64,000 nt of DNA from Vulcanimicrobiota bacterium (GCA_050250895.1 JBFWNU010000001.1:3251557-3315556), one strand, 5' to 3'. Shown: positions 36,900 through 46,674, counted from the first letter of the stretch. Numbers and translations: made by a program. The notes: a model not told the origin generated them from the sequence alone.

Positions 36900-38336
36900 C
36901 TAGTTGGTCTGGAAGATGGCCATTCCCATCGGGTTTACCACCGAGGTATCGACATCGTAGAAGACCGGGTTGCCAGCTCCGTCGAGTTGGAAGACATTGA
37001 TCGAGCCGCTGGCGGTCGGTTTGTTATCGGTGTTGATGGCGGGGTCATCAACGAACAACTGATTGCCGGGAACGGTTCCCAGCGGCGAGGCGTTGGCCAC
37101 CACGACGTACGAGCCGGTCGAGTCGACGATCACGTTAGCCGGCTGCCCAGGGTCGGGCGTTCCGGCCGGAGCTACCGGGCCATCCTGGTCGGCTAGGGTC
37201 AGCGTACCGGTCGGCACGTCGATGTTGTAGGTCAACAGTGCAGTAAGGGCCGCAACATACAGCTTGTTGTTGCCGAAGTGGGTGGTCAGCATGGTGGGAC
37301 GGGTACCCGCGGGGGCCACGGCGTGCTGAACCCCGGTGAGAGCGCCGGTGCCGGCATCCACAGCGAACACATCGACAGAACCGGGGGTGGCGCCTGCGCC
37401 CTGGCTTGACACGAAGAGGAAGCGGCCGTCACGAGAGAAGCCGAGGCCGTGGGTATTGACGCCGCCTGAAGCAACCGACACACGGTTGGTCAACGCTCCG
37501 CTGGCCTGGTTGATGCTGTAGCGAATAACGTTGCCGTTAAAGTCGGCTACGTAGAGGAACAGCCCGTTGGGGTGGAAGGTGATGGCTCGCGGCGAGCCAG
37601 CCGTAGTTACGAAAGAATTCGAGGTAATGGCTGAGTTCACGGAGTTGTAAGCGAAGACCTCGATCACGCCATTGAGGGCGGTCGTGCCGGTGGAAGTCCG
37701 AAAGACCAGCGGCAGCGTCGGGTGGAAGACCAGGTTGGTGAAGTCAGCGCTGCCAACGGTACCAGCAGCGTCAAGGGAGTGACCGAAAACGCTGAAGTTG
37801 GCTGGAGGATTCCCGATGGTCAGAGGGACGGGGTTGATCCAATTGACCTGAGAACGAGGAAACGCGTTGACATCATTCGTGTCGGGTCGGCTGCGCCCCT
37901 TGGCACCGGAACTGCTCAGCATCACTGCCGTCGGTCCGTGGATGGCCACCGAAGTTGCCCCGCCGATGTTGCCGGAAGTGGTCAACGGGCTCAGACGCGC
38001 GTTGGGAGCCGGTCGATTGTTGGCTCCCGTAAGTTCGAAAACGCGAATCCCGGCGCCAGTGCCGCCCGAATCCTCGACGCGAAAGAGCGTCGCCATCGCT
38101 GGGATGGGAGCTGGAACGATGTCATCCGCCGCGACGTTGGCCACATCTACATCAGGATAGTTGATGCCGCGGTCGGCCACGAATAAATACTGTCGCGTGT
38201 TGAGCCCGGGGCCTACCGCTCCGGTCGACTCCACGTCGCTAAAATTAGTGCCGTTGGGCTGTCCGCTGCCGTTGCAGCCGGCGAAGCCGGCTAGCAGGAC
38301 CGCGGACGCCACGATACTGCAAATTGTCCTTTTCAT
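36900..38336 (-). CDS. Lipoprotein, lactonase-family beta-propeller
   Basis: Lipobox FAGC; blades such as PRAITFHPNGLFLYVAD and GALT repeats. Confidence 0.82.
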   Translation of the reverse strand: MKRTICSIVASAVLLAGFAGCNGSGQPNGTNFSDVESTGAVGPGLNTRQYLFVADRGINYPDVDVANVAADDIVPAPIPAMATLFRVEDSGGTGAGIRVFELTGANNRPAPNARLSPLTTSGNIGGATSVAIHGPTAVMLSSSGAKGRSRPDTNDVNAFPRSQVNWINPVPLTIGNPPANFSVFGHSLDAAGTVGSADFTNLVFHPTLPLVFRTSTGTTALNGVIEVFAYNSVNSAITSNSFVTTAGSPRAITFHPNGLFLYVADFNGNVIRYSINQASGALTNRVSVASGGVNTHGLGFSRDGRFLFVSSQGAGATPGSVDVFAVDAGTGALTGVQHAVAPAGTRPTMLTTHFGNNKLYVAALTALLTYNIDVPTGTLTLADQDGPVAPAGTPDPGQPANVIVDSTGSYVVVANASPLGTVPGNQLFVDDPAINTDNKPTASGSINVFQLDGAGNPVFYDVDTSVVNPMGMAIFQTN

Positions 38337-38538
38337 GATACCTCCATCTGTTCAAATCGGAGCGTAGGCGGCTCGACCCATTCCGTCGTGGTCATCGAGC
38401 CCTGCGCACCGCGGCTGGTTCAAGTAGAATTTCTTTCCCCGCCCTGCAGAATTGCCATTAGTTCGCACTGGGGATCAAGATCCCTCTCGGGCGGTTCGCT
38501 TCAGGCGGTCGCTCTCCTAGTCGCGAACGAAAAACCTT

Positions 38539-39399
38539 TCAGGGCAGTCGTTGGGCCACACTGGCAAAGAAGGGCTCCAGACCCCGAGCGTGCAGTCCGG
38601 CGTGACGCTCCACAATATCGACGGCCCTCGACCAGTCGCCCGAGGTATGGGCATACCACCTGAGCAGATAGGCCCGCATGACGAACGAGACGACGGCCAG
38701 GTCTGGGTCGAGCAAAGCCAGGTCTTTGCGATGCAGGACATGATTGAGGTAGCGAAGGGCCAGGCCATCGGCAGGCGGAGTGCAGGTCCACCACGGTCGA
38801 CCCACCTCGACGGTCCGCCCCAGCAAGCGGCTGGGCAAGAGCCCCTCGGTCACCTTCTGATAGAGGGCCGGCAGGTTGTCGGGGTGGCCCGCCTCCACGA
38901 TCAGCACCAGCTCCACCACGAACCCGGCCATTTCGGAGGGCGCGAGCCCCAGCAAATCGGCCGGCTCGTCCAGGCCAGCGCGCAACCGCGACTCGAGTTC
39001 TACATACTCGTCATAGCCGGCCTCGGGGACCGGCTCGAGCTCTACGCCCGCGAGATCGTGCTGGGCCAGGGGCCGTCCGTGCTGGGTGCGCACGGCCGTG
39101 CAGCAGAAGGAAAGCCCGGTGAACAGACCATCGGGGGTATGGCGAGCCACCAGCGGGAAGCTGCGGCAAGCGGAGGGTTTGGCCTCGGGGCCGCGGTCGC
39201 AATGGAGACCGCACAGCGAGTCGGCGGTGAGATAGCTGCAGCCCTGGGTGGTAGTGGGAAGGACCAGAAAACCGGGCCGGCCGGGTGACCCGGACAGACC
39301 CAGGCGCTCGGCCTCGGCCAGCTCGACCTGGACCTCGAAACTGCGACAGCTGTGACCGCAGCGAATGCAGTCATAGGTCAGAGGGGGGTCGTGCCTCAC
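38539..39399 (-). CDS. YkgJ-family cysteine-cluster protein (second paralog)
   Basis: YDCIRCGHSC...CSYL...CGLH...KPSACRSFPL...SFCC. Confidence 0.82.
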   Translation of the reverse strand: MRHDPPLTYDCIRCGHSCRSFEVQVELAEAERLGLSGSPGRPGFLVLPTTTQGCSYLTADSLCGLHCDRGPEAKPSACRSFPLVARHTPDGLFTGLSFCCTAVRTQHGRPLAQHDLAGVELEPVPEAGYDEYVELESRLRAGLDEPADLLGLAPSEMAGFVVELVLIVEAGHPDNLPALYQKVTEGLLPSRLLGRTVEVGRPWWTCTPPADGLALRYLNHVLHRKDLALLDPDLAVVSFVMRAYLLRWYAHTSGDWSRAVDIVERHAGLHARGLEPFFASVAQRLP

Positions 39400-39632
39400 T
39401 CGTCGGCTTGCAGCAGCAGATTGACCAGTTCTGGCCCGAAGTCGTCGAAGAGTTCTTGAAAACTCAACCCCCCCGGAAAAGCCTCGATAAAGCGACGGAC
39501 CTCGGCCTGGTCCGCCGTCAACTCGAACCTCACGAACAGGGCATTGGGCTCCATCCGCTGGATGCGTAGCGTGCCGATGCTTTCGAGAGCGGCTAAAAAA
39601 GTCACCGCCCGTGCTTCCTGAAGGGCTCGCAT
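39396..39632 (-). CDS. Small hypothetical protein
   Basis: 78-aa frame overlapping the downstream start by 4 nt. Confidence 0.55.
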   Translation of the reverse strand: MRALQEARAVTFLAALESIGTLRIQRMEPNALFVRFELTADQAEVRRFIEAFPGGLSFQELFDDFGPELVNLLLQADE

Positions 39633-39675
39633 GCTAGAGATTTTCTAGCTTCGACATCGAAACTCCCGGGAAAAC

Positions 39676-39750
39676 TTTAGGGAATGTTAAAGATTTGGCG
39701 TCAACCAGTTAACACGTTATTCAAGATTTTTTGAGTTCAGGAATGTTTTA
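39676..39750. promoter_or_regulatory. AT-rich divergent promoter region with three TTNA-N7-TTNA sites
   Basis: TTTA-N7-TTAA 39676-90, TTAA-N7-TTCA 39709-23, TTCA-N7-TTTA 39736-50. Confidence 0.5.
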
Positions 39751-39791
39751 ATAATAGAGCAGAGGGATTCACCAGTTGTGTGGAGGGTGTG

Positions 39792-40145
39792 TTGAAGGGC
39801 CATCACATTAGACAATTCTACGACCCGCAGGCCGGCGAGGAGCTGGGCGAGCGGATCACCGACATCCATCGCGGACTGTCGACCTTTCTTCAGGGCAACC
39901 CCGAGTCCAACCCTGAAGTGAATTTGGCCCTCACCCAACTAGAAATTGCCAACCGCGCCCGCCTGGGTGCCGGAGTCCAGCAGATGGTGGCCGTTCCGAA
40001 AGCCCGCTTCGGCCAACTGGCGCGCGAAGGCGCCGGACCGATGCCCGCCCCCCGGCTCGAGAAAAAGGCCGAAGAGGTCAAGCTCGAGGCCAAACCCAAA
40101 AAACGTCGCCTCCAGGGGCCTCCTCTCAACTACGTGGCCCGCTAG
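39792..40145 (+). CDS. Hypothetical protein
   Basis: GGAGG at 39782-86 before TTG; GC3-biased frame with a basic C-terminus. Confidence 0.65.
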   Translation: MKGHHIRQFYDPQAGEELGERITDIHRGLSTFLQGNPESNPEVNLALTQLEIANRARLGAGVQQMVAVPKARFGQLAREGAGPMPAPRLEKKAEEVKLEAKPKKRRLQGPPLNYVAR

Positions 40146-41308
40146 GCACCGGCTCTTAGAAAGGCCCCCAGGCACGCCTCACGGTCGGCGCCGGGGGCCA
40201 AAATCATGGCTCCCCCGGGTCGCTGCCGAGCCCGTTCCTCGAGAGTCAGCCACTCCAGCTCCAGATGGGCCTCGCTGTGGGCGCTGACCACCAGCGGAGA
40301 ACCTTCGGCTTTCAGCGGGCGCAGCCCGTCGAAATCCCGCCCGTGCACAAAGAGCAGATCGGGCGGACCTCCAATCCGGAGACTCAGACTCTGGCGGTCG
40401 GGCTGCTCGACGTTGGTAGAGCGAATCCTGGCCGCCACGGCGGCCGGACCCCGGGCGCCAGACAACTGCTCACCCCGCAACAGGCTCTCGACCAGTTCGA
40501 GGGGATCGGTGGGATGAGCCAGCAGCTTCTCGAGCAGATCGTCGCGAGTGGTTCCGCGGCCCTCTTCATTATCCAGCAGATGGACCAGACGCGACAGGGC
40601 CACCAACATCTCGGCCTGTTCGAAAGAGAGCCCGCGTCGATAGGCAAGACCGAGCACCGCGTCATCTAGATAGTGCAGGCGGGCCAGCTGGTCGGCTCCC
40701 TCGCCGCTCCAGCCGCGCACCGTCAGTCGTAGCCGGCACGCCTGGCCCTGAAAGTGGGTGAGTTCGGCATTCTGGATGTCGGCTCCCTGGCGGCCCAGGT
40801 GGCGGGCCACCCGTTCGAACAGGCTGCGGCTCTGCGCGTTGCCGATCGTGATGGTGATGGTGGTCAAGCTCGGGTTGAGATCGACCGCCACGTCGACCTT
40901 GTTCTCGTCCACCAGGTCTTGCCAATCTCCCTCGCCGGGACGCGCGCTTTGCAGCTCGCCAAATTCGAAGACATCGAGCACCAGCGAGCTGTCGCTGGCG
41001 GTATGGATGCGGGCCGAGGTGAGGGGTCGATCCTTGGGAAGCCGAGCAATCAACTCGGCCAGTTGACCCGGATAGTTGCGCCGGCTGATGACGGTATAGA
41101 CCGAACCCTCGTGGCCTCGCAGGGTCAGCTCTTCATCCAGGCCAGCCGCTTCGGCGGCCACGATGGCCCGCAGGTGCCCCAGGCGCGTAGGCCGGTCGTG
41201 AGCCTGAAAATACTCCCGGGGCATGGTGCGAAAGAACCGGGGGACAACCTGGCCGGCTGCCCCGCTGAGCTGGGTCATCAACTCGCGCTGCTCGTCGGAA
41301 AAGCTCAT
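40142..41308 (-). CDS. Truncated, degenerate homolog of the N-terminal region of large NAD-glutamate dehydrogenase (ACT-like domains)
   Basis: VVPRFFRTMPREYF, YPGQL, IHTASDSSLVLDVFEFG, FVHGRDFDG; catalytic and NAD-binding parts absent. Confidence 0.55.
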   Translation of the reverse strand: MSFSDEQRELMTQLSGAAGQVVPRFFRTMPREYFQAHDRPTRLGHLRAIVAAEAAGLDEELTLRGHEGSVYTVISRRNYPGQLAELIARLPKDRPLTSARIHTASDSSLVLDVFEFGELQSARPGEGDWQDLVDENKVDVAVDLNPSLTTITITIGNAQSRSLFERVARHLGRQGADIQNAELTHFQGQACRLRLTVRGWSGEGADQLARLHYLDDAVLGLAYRRGLSFEQAEMLVALSRLVHLLDNEEGRGTTRDDLLEKLLAHPTDPLELVESLLRGEQLSGARGPAAVAARIRSTNVEQPDRQSLSLRIGGPPDLLFVHGRDFDGLRPLKAEGSPLVVSAHSEAHLELEWLTLEERARQRPGGAMILAPGADREACLGAFLRAGA

Positions 41309-41480
41309 CAGAAAGAAACACCGCGCAAGTTGGAAGACCGTTTTGACTTGGAAAAGTGTGTAAGGTCTACCGGTCAGGGCGCGGCCTCGCCAGTTTACCG
41401 GGTTTGTAACCCCCGGTCAAGCGTTTGGGGATGGCCGGGAATGGTTACTTACAAATGAGAAACCGTGACGGGGGGACCCC

Positions 41481-43433
41481 ATGCAACCGATCGCCACCAT
41501 CGACGATATCCTCGAGATCGAGAAAACTCCGCTCGAGCAGCGAAATCTGGCTCCCAGCACTTATGAGGCTATCCGCCGCAGTGCTGAGGCCCAGCCCGAT
41601 CGGCTGGCCCTGCGCTTTATCTTTCAGGGCACCGAATATGAACGCTCGGTCGACTACACCTATGCAGAGCTGATGGCCAACCTGCATCGCACGGCCAACA
41701 TGTTCACCAGCCTGGGCATCGGCCCCAACGATGTGGTTTCGACCATCATGCCCAACCTGCCGCAGACGTTTTTCACCATTTTCGGAGCCGAGGCCGTCGG
41801 TATCGTCAATCCCATCAATCCTTTGCTCGAGCCCCCGGTCATGGCCGAGATCATGAATGCGGCCAGGACCAAAGTGCTGGTCACTGTGGGACCCTTCGTC
41901 AAGACCGACATCTGGCAGAAGGTGGTCGAGATTGCCGATCAGGTCCCCAGCCTCGAGACGATTCTCCAGGTGCGCCTTGGGTCGTTCCTGGGTGGGGCCA
42001 AGAAACTGCTCGGACCGGTCCTGGCCTGGAGTGTGGGTCGCAAGCTGGCCAAACCGTCGAAGCGGGTCGAAGACTTCGACAAACTGCGCGCGACCCAGCC
42101 GAGTGGTGCCCTGGTCTCGGGTCGCAAGGCCAAACCCGACGACATCGCCTCGTACTTCCATACGGGCGGCACTACCGGCGTGCCCAAACTGGCTCAGCAC
42201 ACTCATGCCAACGAGGTCTATGACGCCTGGGTGGGAGCCATGATCGCCCAGCTCGAGGGCAAGACCCTTTTCTGCGGATTGCCCCTCTTTCATGTCAACG
42301 GCGTCATCTTGACCGGACTTGCTCCCTGGAGCATGCAAGGCACCACCGTGCTCGGCTCGCCGGCCGGCTACCGGGGTGAGGGCATCCTCGACAACTTCTG
42401 GAAGATCACCGATCGTTACAAGATCAACTTCTTCTCGGGCGTGCCCACCGTCTACTCGACGCTGCTCAACAAGCCCATCGACGGGGCCGACGTCTCTTCG
42501 CTCGAGGCCTGCATCTGCGGAGCCGCTCCCATGCCGGTCGAGGTGTTCAAGCAGTTCGAAAAGCGCACCAATCTCAAGATCCTCGAGGGCTATGGCCTGA
42601 CCGAGGCGACCTGCGCTTCTTCGGCCAACCCGCTCGGCGGCGAGCGCCGCATCGGCTCGGTGGGTCTACGCTTTCCCTATCAAGAGATGAAGACCGTCAT
42701 GCTCGATGAACAGGGCAAGTTCGAACGCAACTGCGAGGTCATGGAGATCGGTACCGTGGTGATGCGGGGACCGAACGTCTTTCCCGGCTACAAAGAAGAC
42801 TTCCACAACCAAGGCATCTGGGTCGATTGCCAGGACGGCGGGGCCCCCTGGCTCAACACGGGCGACCTGGGCCGCCAGGACGCCGAAGGCTATTTCTGGC
42901 TGACCGGCCGCAAGAAAGAGCTCATCATTCGCGGCGGCCACAACATCGATCCCAAGCTGATCGAAGAACCCCTGTGCGAGCATGAAGCGGTGGCCATGGC
43001 TGCGGCCGTGGGCCGGCCCGACGCCCACGCTGGCGAGGTGCCGGTAGCCTATGTGCAGCTCAAGCCCGGGGCCGTAGCCAGCGAGGCGGCTCTGCTCGAG
43101 TTCTGTCACAACACCATCGGCGAACGGGCGGCCGTGCCCAAGTCGATCCATATCCTGGCCGAGTTACCTCTGACGCCGGTCGGCAAGATCTTCAAGCCCG
43201 ACCTGGTACGCCGCCAGATCACCGAAGTCTATAACCACACCATCGAGGGCATCGAAGGGGTGGCCAAATTCAAAGTGATCGCCGAGGCTCACAAGCAGTA
43301 TGGCACCGTGGCCCGGGTGCAGATCGAGGCCAGTCCCGAGGCTCACAAAGCCGTCGAAGAGGCGCTGGGGGCTTTCACGGTGCGCTATCAGTTGGAGTCC
43401 TTCGACCGCCAGTTGGCTAGCGCCACTGCCTGA
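41481..43433 (+). CDS. Acyl-CoA synthetase (AMP-forming)
   Basis: YFHTGGTTGVPK, EGYGLTE, TGDLG, GRKKELIIRGGHNI, TPVGKI. Confidence 0.95.
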   Translation: MQPIATIDDILEIEKTPLEQRNLAPSTYEAIRRSAEAQPDRLALRFIFQGTEYERSVDYTYAELMANLHRTANMFTSLGIGPNDVVSTIMPNLPQTFFTIFGAEAVGIVNPINPLLEPPVMAEIMNAARTKVLVTVGPFVKTDIWQKVVEIADQVPSLETILQVRLGSFLGGAKKLLGPVLAWSVGRKLAKPSKRVEDFDKLRATQPSGALVSGRKAKPDDIASYFHTGGTTGVPKLAQHTHANEVYDAWVGAMIAQLEGKTLFCGLPLFHVNGVILTGLAPWSMQGTTVLGSPAGYRGEGILDNFWKITDRYKINFFSGVPTVYSTLLNKPIDGADVSSLEACICGAAPMPVEVFKQFEKRTNLKILEGYGLTEATCASSANPLGGERRIGSVGLRFPYQEMKTVMLDEQGKFERNCEVMEIGTVVMRGPNVFPGYKEDFHNQGIWVDCQDGGAPWLNTGDLGRQDAEGYFWLTGRKKELIIRGGHNIDPKLIEEPLCEHEAVAMAAAVGRPDAHAGEVPVAYVQLKPGAVASEAALLEFCHNTIGERAAVPKSIHILAELPLTPVGKIFKPDLVRRQITEVYNHTIEGIEGVAKFKVIAEAHKQYGTVARVQIEASPEAHKAVEEALGAFTVRYQLESFDRQLASATA

Positions 43434-43833
43434 CGCCACAGGGGTTCTGCTCTAGATACAAGGCCAGGATCTTCTGATCGTGGTCATAGGCTTCGACCTC
43501 GAAGGAGATGCGCCGATAGCGGCAGCCGTTGGCGAACCAGCTGCCGACGTAGCGTAGGAGGAAGCCCCACCAGCCGTATTGCTCTTGCTGCAATACGTGC
43601 ACCGGCTCGTGACCAAGTAGGACCCGAATGGTGTGGCGGTCGGCCGGGTCGATGTGGCTGCGCCAACCCCGACGCACGTAAATGACCTGGTTGAAGACCT
43701 TGGCTGCCCATCGGCCGCCCAGCGGCAAAGTGTCGACAAAGCGGTAACGCAAGGCTCGGGCCCCCCCGATCGCCTCGAGTTCGGGCCAGACGCTGTCGAG
43801 CCAGTCGGCTAGTTCTGGGGTCAGACGGTCCAC
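43417..43833 (-). CDS. Small HExxH protein (DUF4157-like)
   Basis: LLGHEPVHVLQQ...GFLLRY...FEVEAY; start GTG inferred. Confidence 0.72.
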   Translation of the reverse strand: MDRLTPELADWLDSVWPELEAIGGARALRYRFVDTLPLGGRWAAKVFNQVIYVRRGWRSHIDPADRHTIRVLLGHEPVHVLQQEQYGWWGFLLRYVGSWFANGCRYRRISFEVEAYDHDQKILALYLEQNPCGVRQWR

Positions 43834-43879
43834 GGCCGAGTCGTTTGCTCTTCTTCTGAGGTTAACCTTTGCGTGTCGG

Positions 43880-44275
43880 TTAGTCGCCGCCTCCCCCGCC
43901 GGCGCTGCCACCTGATGGTCCTTCGCCACTGGACTCAGAGCGGGGCCCATGCATTTCAGAAGCGGCTTGGGGCGTGGAAGATTCGGTGTCGGTCAGGCTG
44001 GGTGGGCCGACGTGGCTTGACTCATGGACGCTGGCCGTGCCGTCGTCGTTGACCGACAAAGAGGGCGGGGCCAGGGGCGAGCTGGTGGTTTGATAGTCGG
44101 AGTTTCGAAGAGAACGGGCCAGGTCCTCGCCTGCGCTACTGGGACCGTCCTCCTGTCCCCCTAGATCGACGGAGTCACCTTTGGGAATCGCCGGTCTATC
44201 CTTTTCGGCAAACACTCGCATGGGGGAGCTGATGGCCGGGGTTTGGCCAATCGAGCCTAAGGGTGAGACAGACAT
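43880..44275 (-). CDS. Low-complexity Ser/Pro/Gly-rich hypothetical protein
   Basis: ATG follows GGAGG; MSVSPLGSIGQTPAISS...DSVDL. Confidence 0.6.
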   Translation of the reverse strand: MSVSPLGSIGQTPAISSPMRVFAEKDRPAIPKGDSVDLGGQEDGPSSAGEDLARSLRNSDYQTTSSPLAPPSLSVNDDGTASVHESSHVGPPSLTDTESSTPQAASEMHGPRSESSGEGPSGGSAGGGGGD

Positions 44276-44436
44276 GGATGTTTCCTCCGCAACGTTGGAT
44301 TGAACCCCAGTATGAGCCAGCCTGGTGGGGCGCACTTTGGGTGGTGCCGCGTGGAAGTAAATGGATTGTTGCCGTTTGGTAACAAATCACCACGCGTTGA
44401 TAGCAGGGCCACGTCCAACCGAAAGGTCGCATGGCG

Positions 44437-44468
44437 TTAACCTTTCCGTGACGCCGGTGCGCTAGGCT
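44437..44468 (+). promoter_or_regulatory. Shared cis-motif copy
   Basis: TTAA-N7-GTGAC-N10-TAGGCT, 8 nt before ATG 44477. Confidence 0.5.
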
Positions 44469-44476
44469 AAGTTGTC

Positions 44477-45847
44477 ATGCTAGTCAAGTCCACGCCCTAT
44501 CAGAAGCTAAAGAACTCGCCGGCCGGCAAGTTCGTATCCCGCAACAAGACGGCCACCGCTCTAGCCTCGGTCAGCGGCGCCATCGTGGTGGCCGGCGGAG
44601 CCTATCAATCCGAGGCCTTCCGCCAGGTGGCCCGTTACGGCATCGTGCCGGTAGCAGGAGCGGCCACGGCTCTGTTTGGGGCCGCTATGGCGCACGATGC
44701 CGTGGTCAACGACCTGGGCCAGCACAACTGGCGGGCGGCCGGCAAGATTTCGTTCGGGGTGACGGCCGCCCTGGGCGGCACCCAGGCGGTCGGACTGGCC
44801 TATAACATCCCTTACCTCGACGACGCCCTGAGCGGCACGGTCGTGCGGGCCTTTCGCAATGGCGAGGCCATTCTAGGCACCGGGCTGCTGGGTGGGGCGG
44901 CCCTCTCCGGCCGCTACGCCATAGACCGCTTCCAGGCGGCGGCCGGGTCCTCCGAGGGGCGGGCTCTCAACCTGGCCAAAGGCACCGGGGCCACGCTGGC
45001 CACGACCGCGGCCGGCCTGGGTGGGGCCGAACTCATTGGGCGCAACTTCGAAATTGCCGGCCTCGACCGGGCCCTGACCGGCACCATCGAGTATCTCTCG
45101 GGCTCTCCCGTCGCGGCTGTGGCCGGCGGTGGGCTGCTGCTGGGTGGGGCCGGGGTGCTGGCCAACGAGACCTTCAGCCACCTCGAGGGCAACGAGCTGG
45201 CCACCACCGCTCGCGGGTTGGGCGCCGTCACGGCCGCCCTGGGCGGGGTGCAAATGGCCGGTCGGGGCCTGGGAATCCAGGCCACCGAGGGCCTGCTCAC
45301 CGAACACGCTGATGTCATGGGTGGTCTGGCCGTGTCGGCCTTCGGGGCGGCCCTCACGCGCCGCTCGCTCAAAAGCATGGCCAAAAACGGTCTCGGCCTG
45401 AAGAACTCTCTGGGCCTTACCGCCGGTGCGGCCGCCTTGCCGGGTGGTCTGGGCCTGGCCTCGTCAGCCCTGGGTTGGGGAGGGGCCGAACTGGCTGCCC
45501 GCGCCAGTGGCCTGGGCGCCGGCATCGGCCTGGGAGTGACCGCGGCCGCTTTCGGACGCAACGCCTTGACCAACGCCCGCGAAGGCAAGCCGGTCGCGGC
45601 CGTGGCCCAGGGGGGACTGGCCGCCGCCAGCGGCGTAGCCGCCCTGGCCCTGACCGGCGACGCCCTCGAAATCAAGGCCCTCTCGGATCTGGCCGAGGGC
45701 ATCTCGAAGGTGACGGTGGAACCGCTCTGGGACCATGTGATTTCGCCGACCTCGACCTGGCTTTTCAACCATCCCCTGGCCGGGGCCGCCGTCCTGGGTC
45801 TGGGCATCGGCGCCTACATTTATTTCCATCGCAAGGATGGTGAGTAG
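44477..45847 (+). CDS. Gly/Ala-rich multipass membrane protein of unknown function
   Basis: Many glycine-zipper hydrophobic hairpins; internal repeats such as ALGGTQAVG, GLGGAELIG, ALGGVQMAG. Confidence 0.75.
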   Translation: MLVKSTPYQKLKNSPAGKFVSRNKTATALASVSGAIVVAGGAYQSEAFRQVARYGIVPVAGAATALFGAAMAHDAVVNDLGQHNWRAAGKISFGVTAALGGTQAVGLAYNIPYLDDALSGTVVRAFRNGEAILGTGLLGGAALSGRYAIDRFQAAAGSSEGRALNLAKGTGATLATTAAGLGGAELIGRNFEIAGLDRALTGTIEYLSGSPVAAVAGGGLLLGGAGVLANETFSHLEGNELATTARGLGAVTAALGGVQMAGRGLGIQATEGLLTEHADVMGGLAVSAFGAALTRRSLKSMAKNGLGLKNSLGLTAGAAALPGGLGLASSALGWGGAELAARASGLGAGIGLGVTAAAFGRNALTNAREGKPVAAVAQGGLAAASGVAALALTGDALEIKALSDLAEGISKVTVEPLWDHVISPTSTWLFNHPLAGAAVLGLGIGAYIYFHRKDGE

Positions 45848-45867
45848 CTCACCGGGAAAGGGCTTGG

Positions 45868-46590
45868 GTGAAGCTCCTCAACCAGTATCCCAAGATCGTC
45901 TTTTTCACCGGCGCCGGCATGAGCGCCGACAGCGGCATCCACACCTACCGCGGCGAGGGCGGGCTGTGGCACGAGTACCGCTATCAGGACTACGCCTGCC
46001 AGGACGCTTTCGAACGCGATCCGGTCGCGGTCTGGAAGTTTCATGACCAGCGCCGAGCCGAGGCGGCCAACTGCAATCCCCATCGGGGGCACGAGTTGCT
46101 GGCTGACCTGGTCCGGGGTCGGGCCGAGTCGGGGTTCGGGCCCGACGGCGGGGTCACCATCGTGACCCAGAATATCGATGGCATGCACCAGCGAGCCGGG
46201 GTCGACAAGGTGCTGGAATTGCACGGGAGCCTGTGGCGAATTCGCTGCGATGCCTGTGGTGTGGTCGAAGACAATCGCGATATCCCGCTGGGCGCCTACC
46301 AGCACTCGTGCGGCAGCTACTGGCGGCCCGACATCGTCTGGTTCGGCGACTCGTTGAAGCGCAACGTGCTCAGTCAAGCCACCGACGCTATCGCGCGTTG
46401 TCAACTGTTCGTCAGCATCGGCACCAGTGGGGCCGTCTTTCCGGCTGCCCGCCTGCCTCAGCACGCCATCGCCAGCGGCGCAGCCCTCATCGAGATCAAT
46501 CCCGAGAAGACCTCGGTCTCGCAGTTCTATCAAAAGCACTTGCGAGGTGGAGCCGAAGCCATGCTGGTGGAGTGGCTGGGGGACTCTTAG
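45868..46590 (+). CDS. cobB: NAD-dependent protein deacylase (sirtuin)
   Basis: FTGAGMSADSGI, TQNIDGMHQRAG, ELHGS, RPDIVWFG, GTSG, INP. Confidence 0.92.
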   Translation: MKLLNQYPKIVFFTGAGMSADSGIHTYRGEGGLWHEYRYQDYACQDAFERDPVAVWKFHDQRRAEAANCNPHRGHELLADLVRGRAESGFGPDGGVTIVTQNIDGMHQRAGVDKVLELHGSLWRIRCDACGVVEDNRDIPLGAYQHSCGSYWRPDIVWFGDSLKRNVLSQATDAIARCQLFVSIGTSGAVFPAARLPQHAIASGAALIEINPEKTSVSQFYQKHLRGGAEAMLVEWLGDS

Positions 46591-46674
46591 GATGCCCGGC
46601 CACGATACCCACTGAGGTCGCTACCAACCCGGCTCGGAGAGACAATGGGGCCAACAATAGTTGGAGGGACGAGC

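Noticed and set aside
44276-44436. Riboswitch or ncRNA around the ACC-GAAA-GGT hairpin
   Set aside because: Only a short GNRA hairpin; I could not match any known aptamer consensus.
45868-46590. Sir2 as an anti-phage NADase (Thoeris/DSR)
   Set aside because: Canonical stand-alone CobB-type deacylase with catalytic His and Zn-site Cys; no defence partners adjacent.
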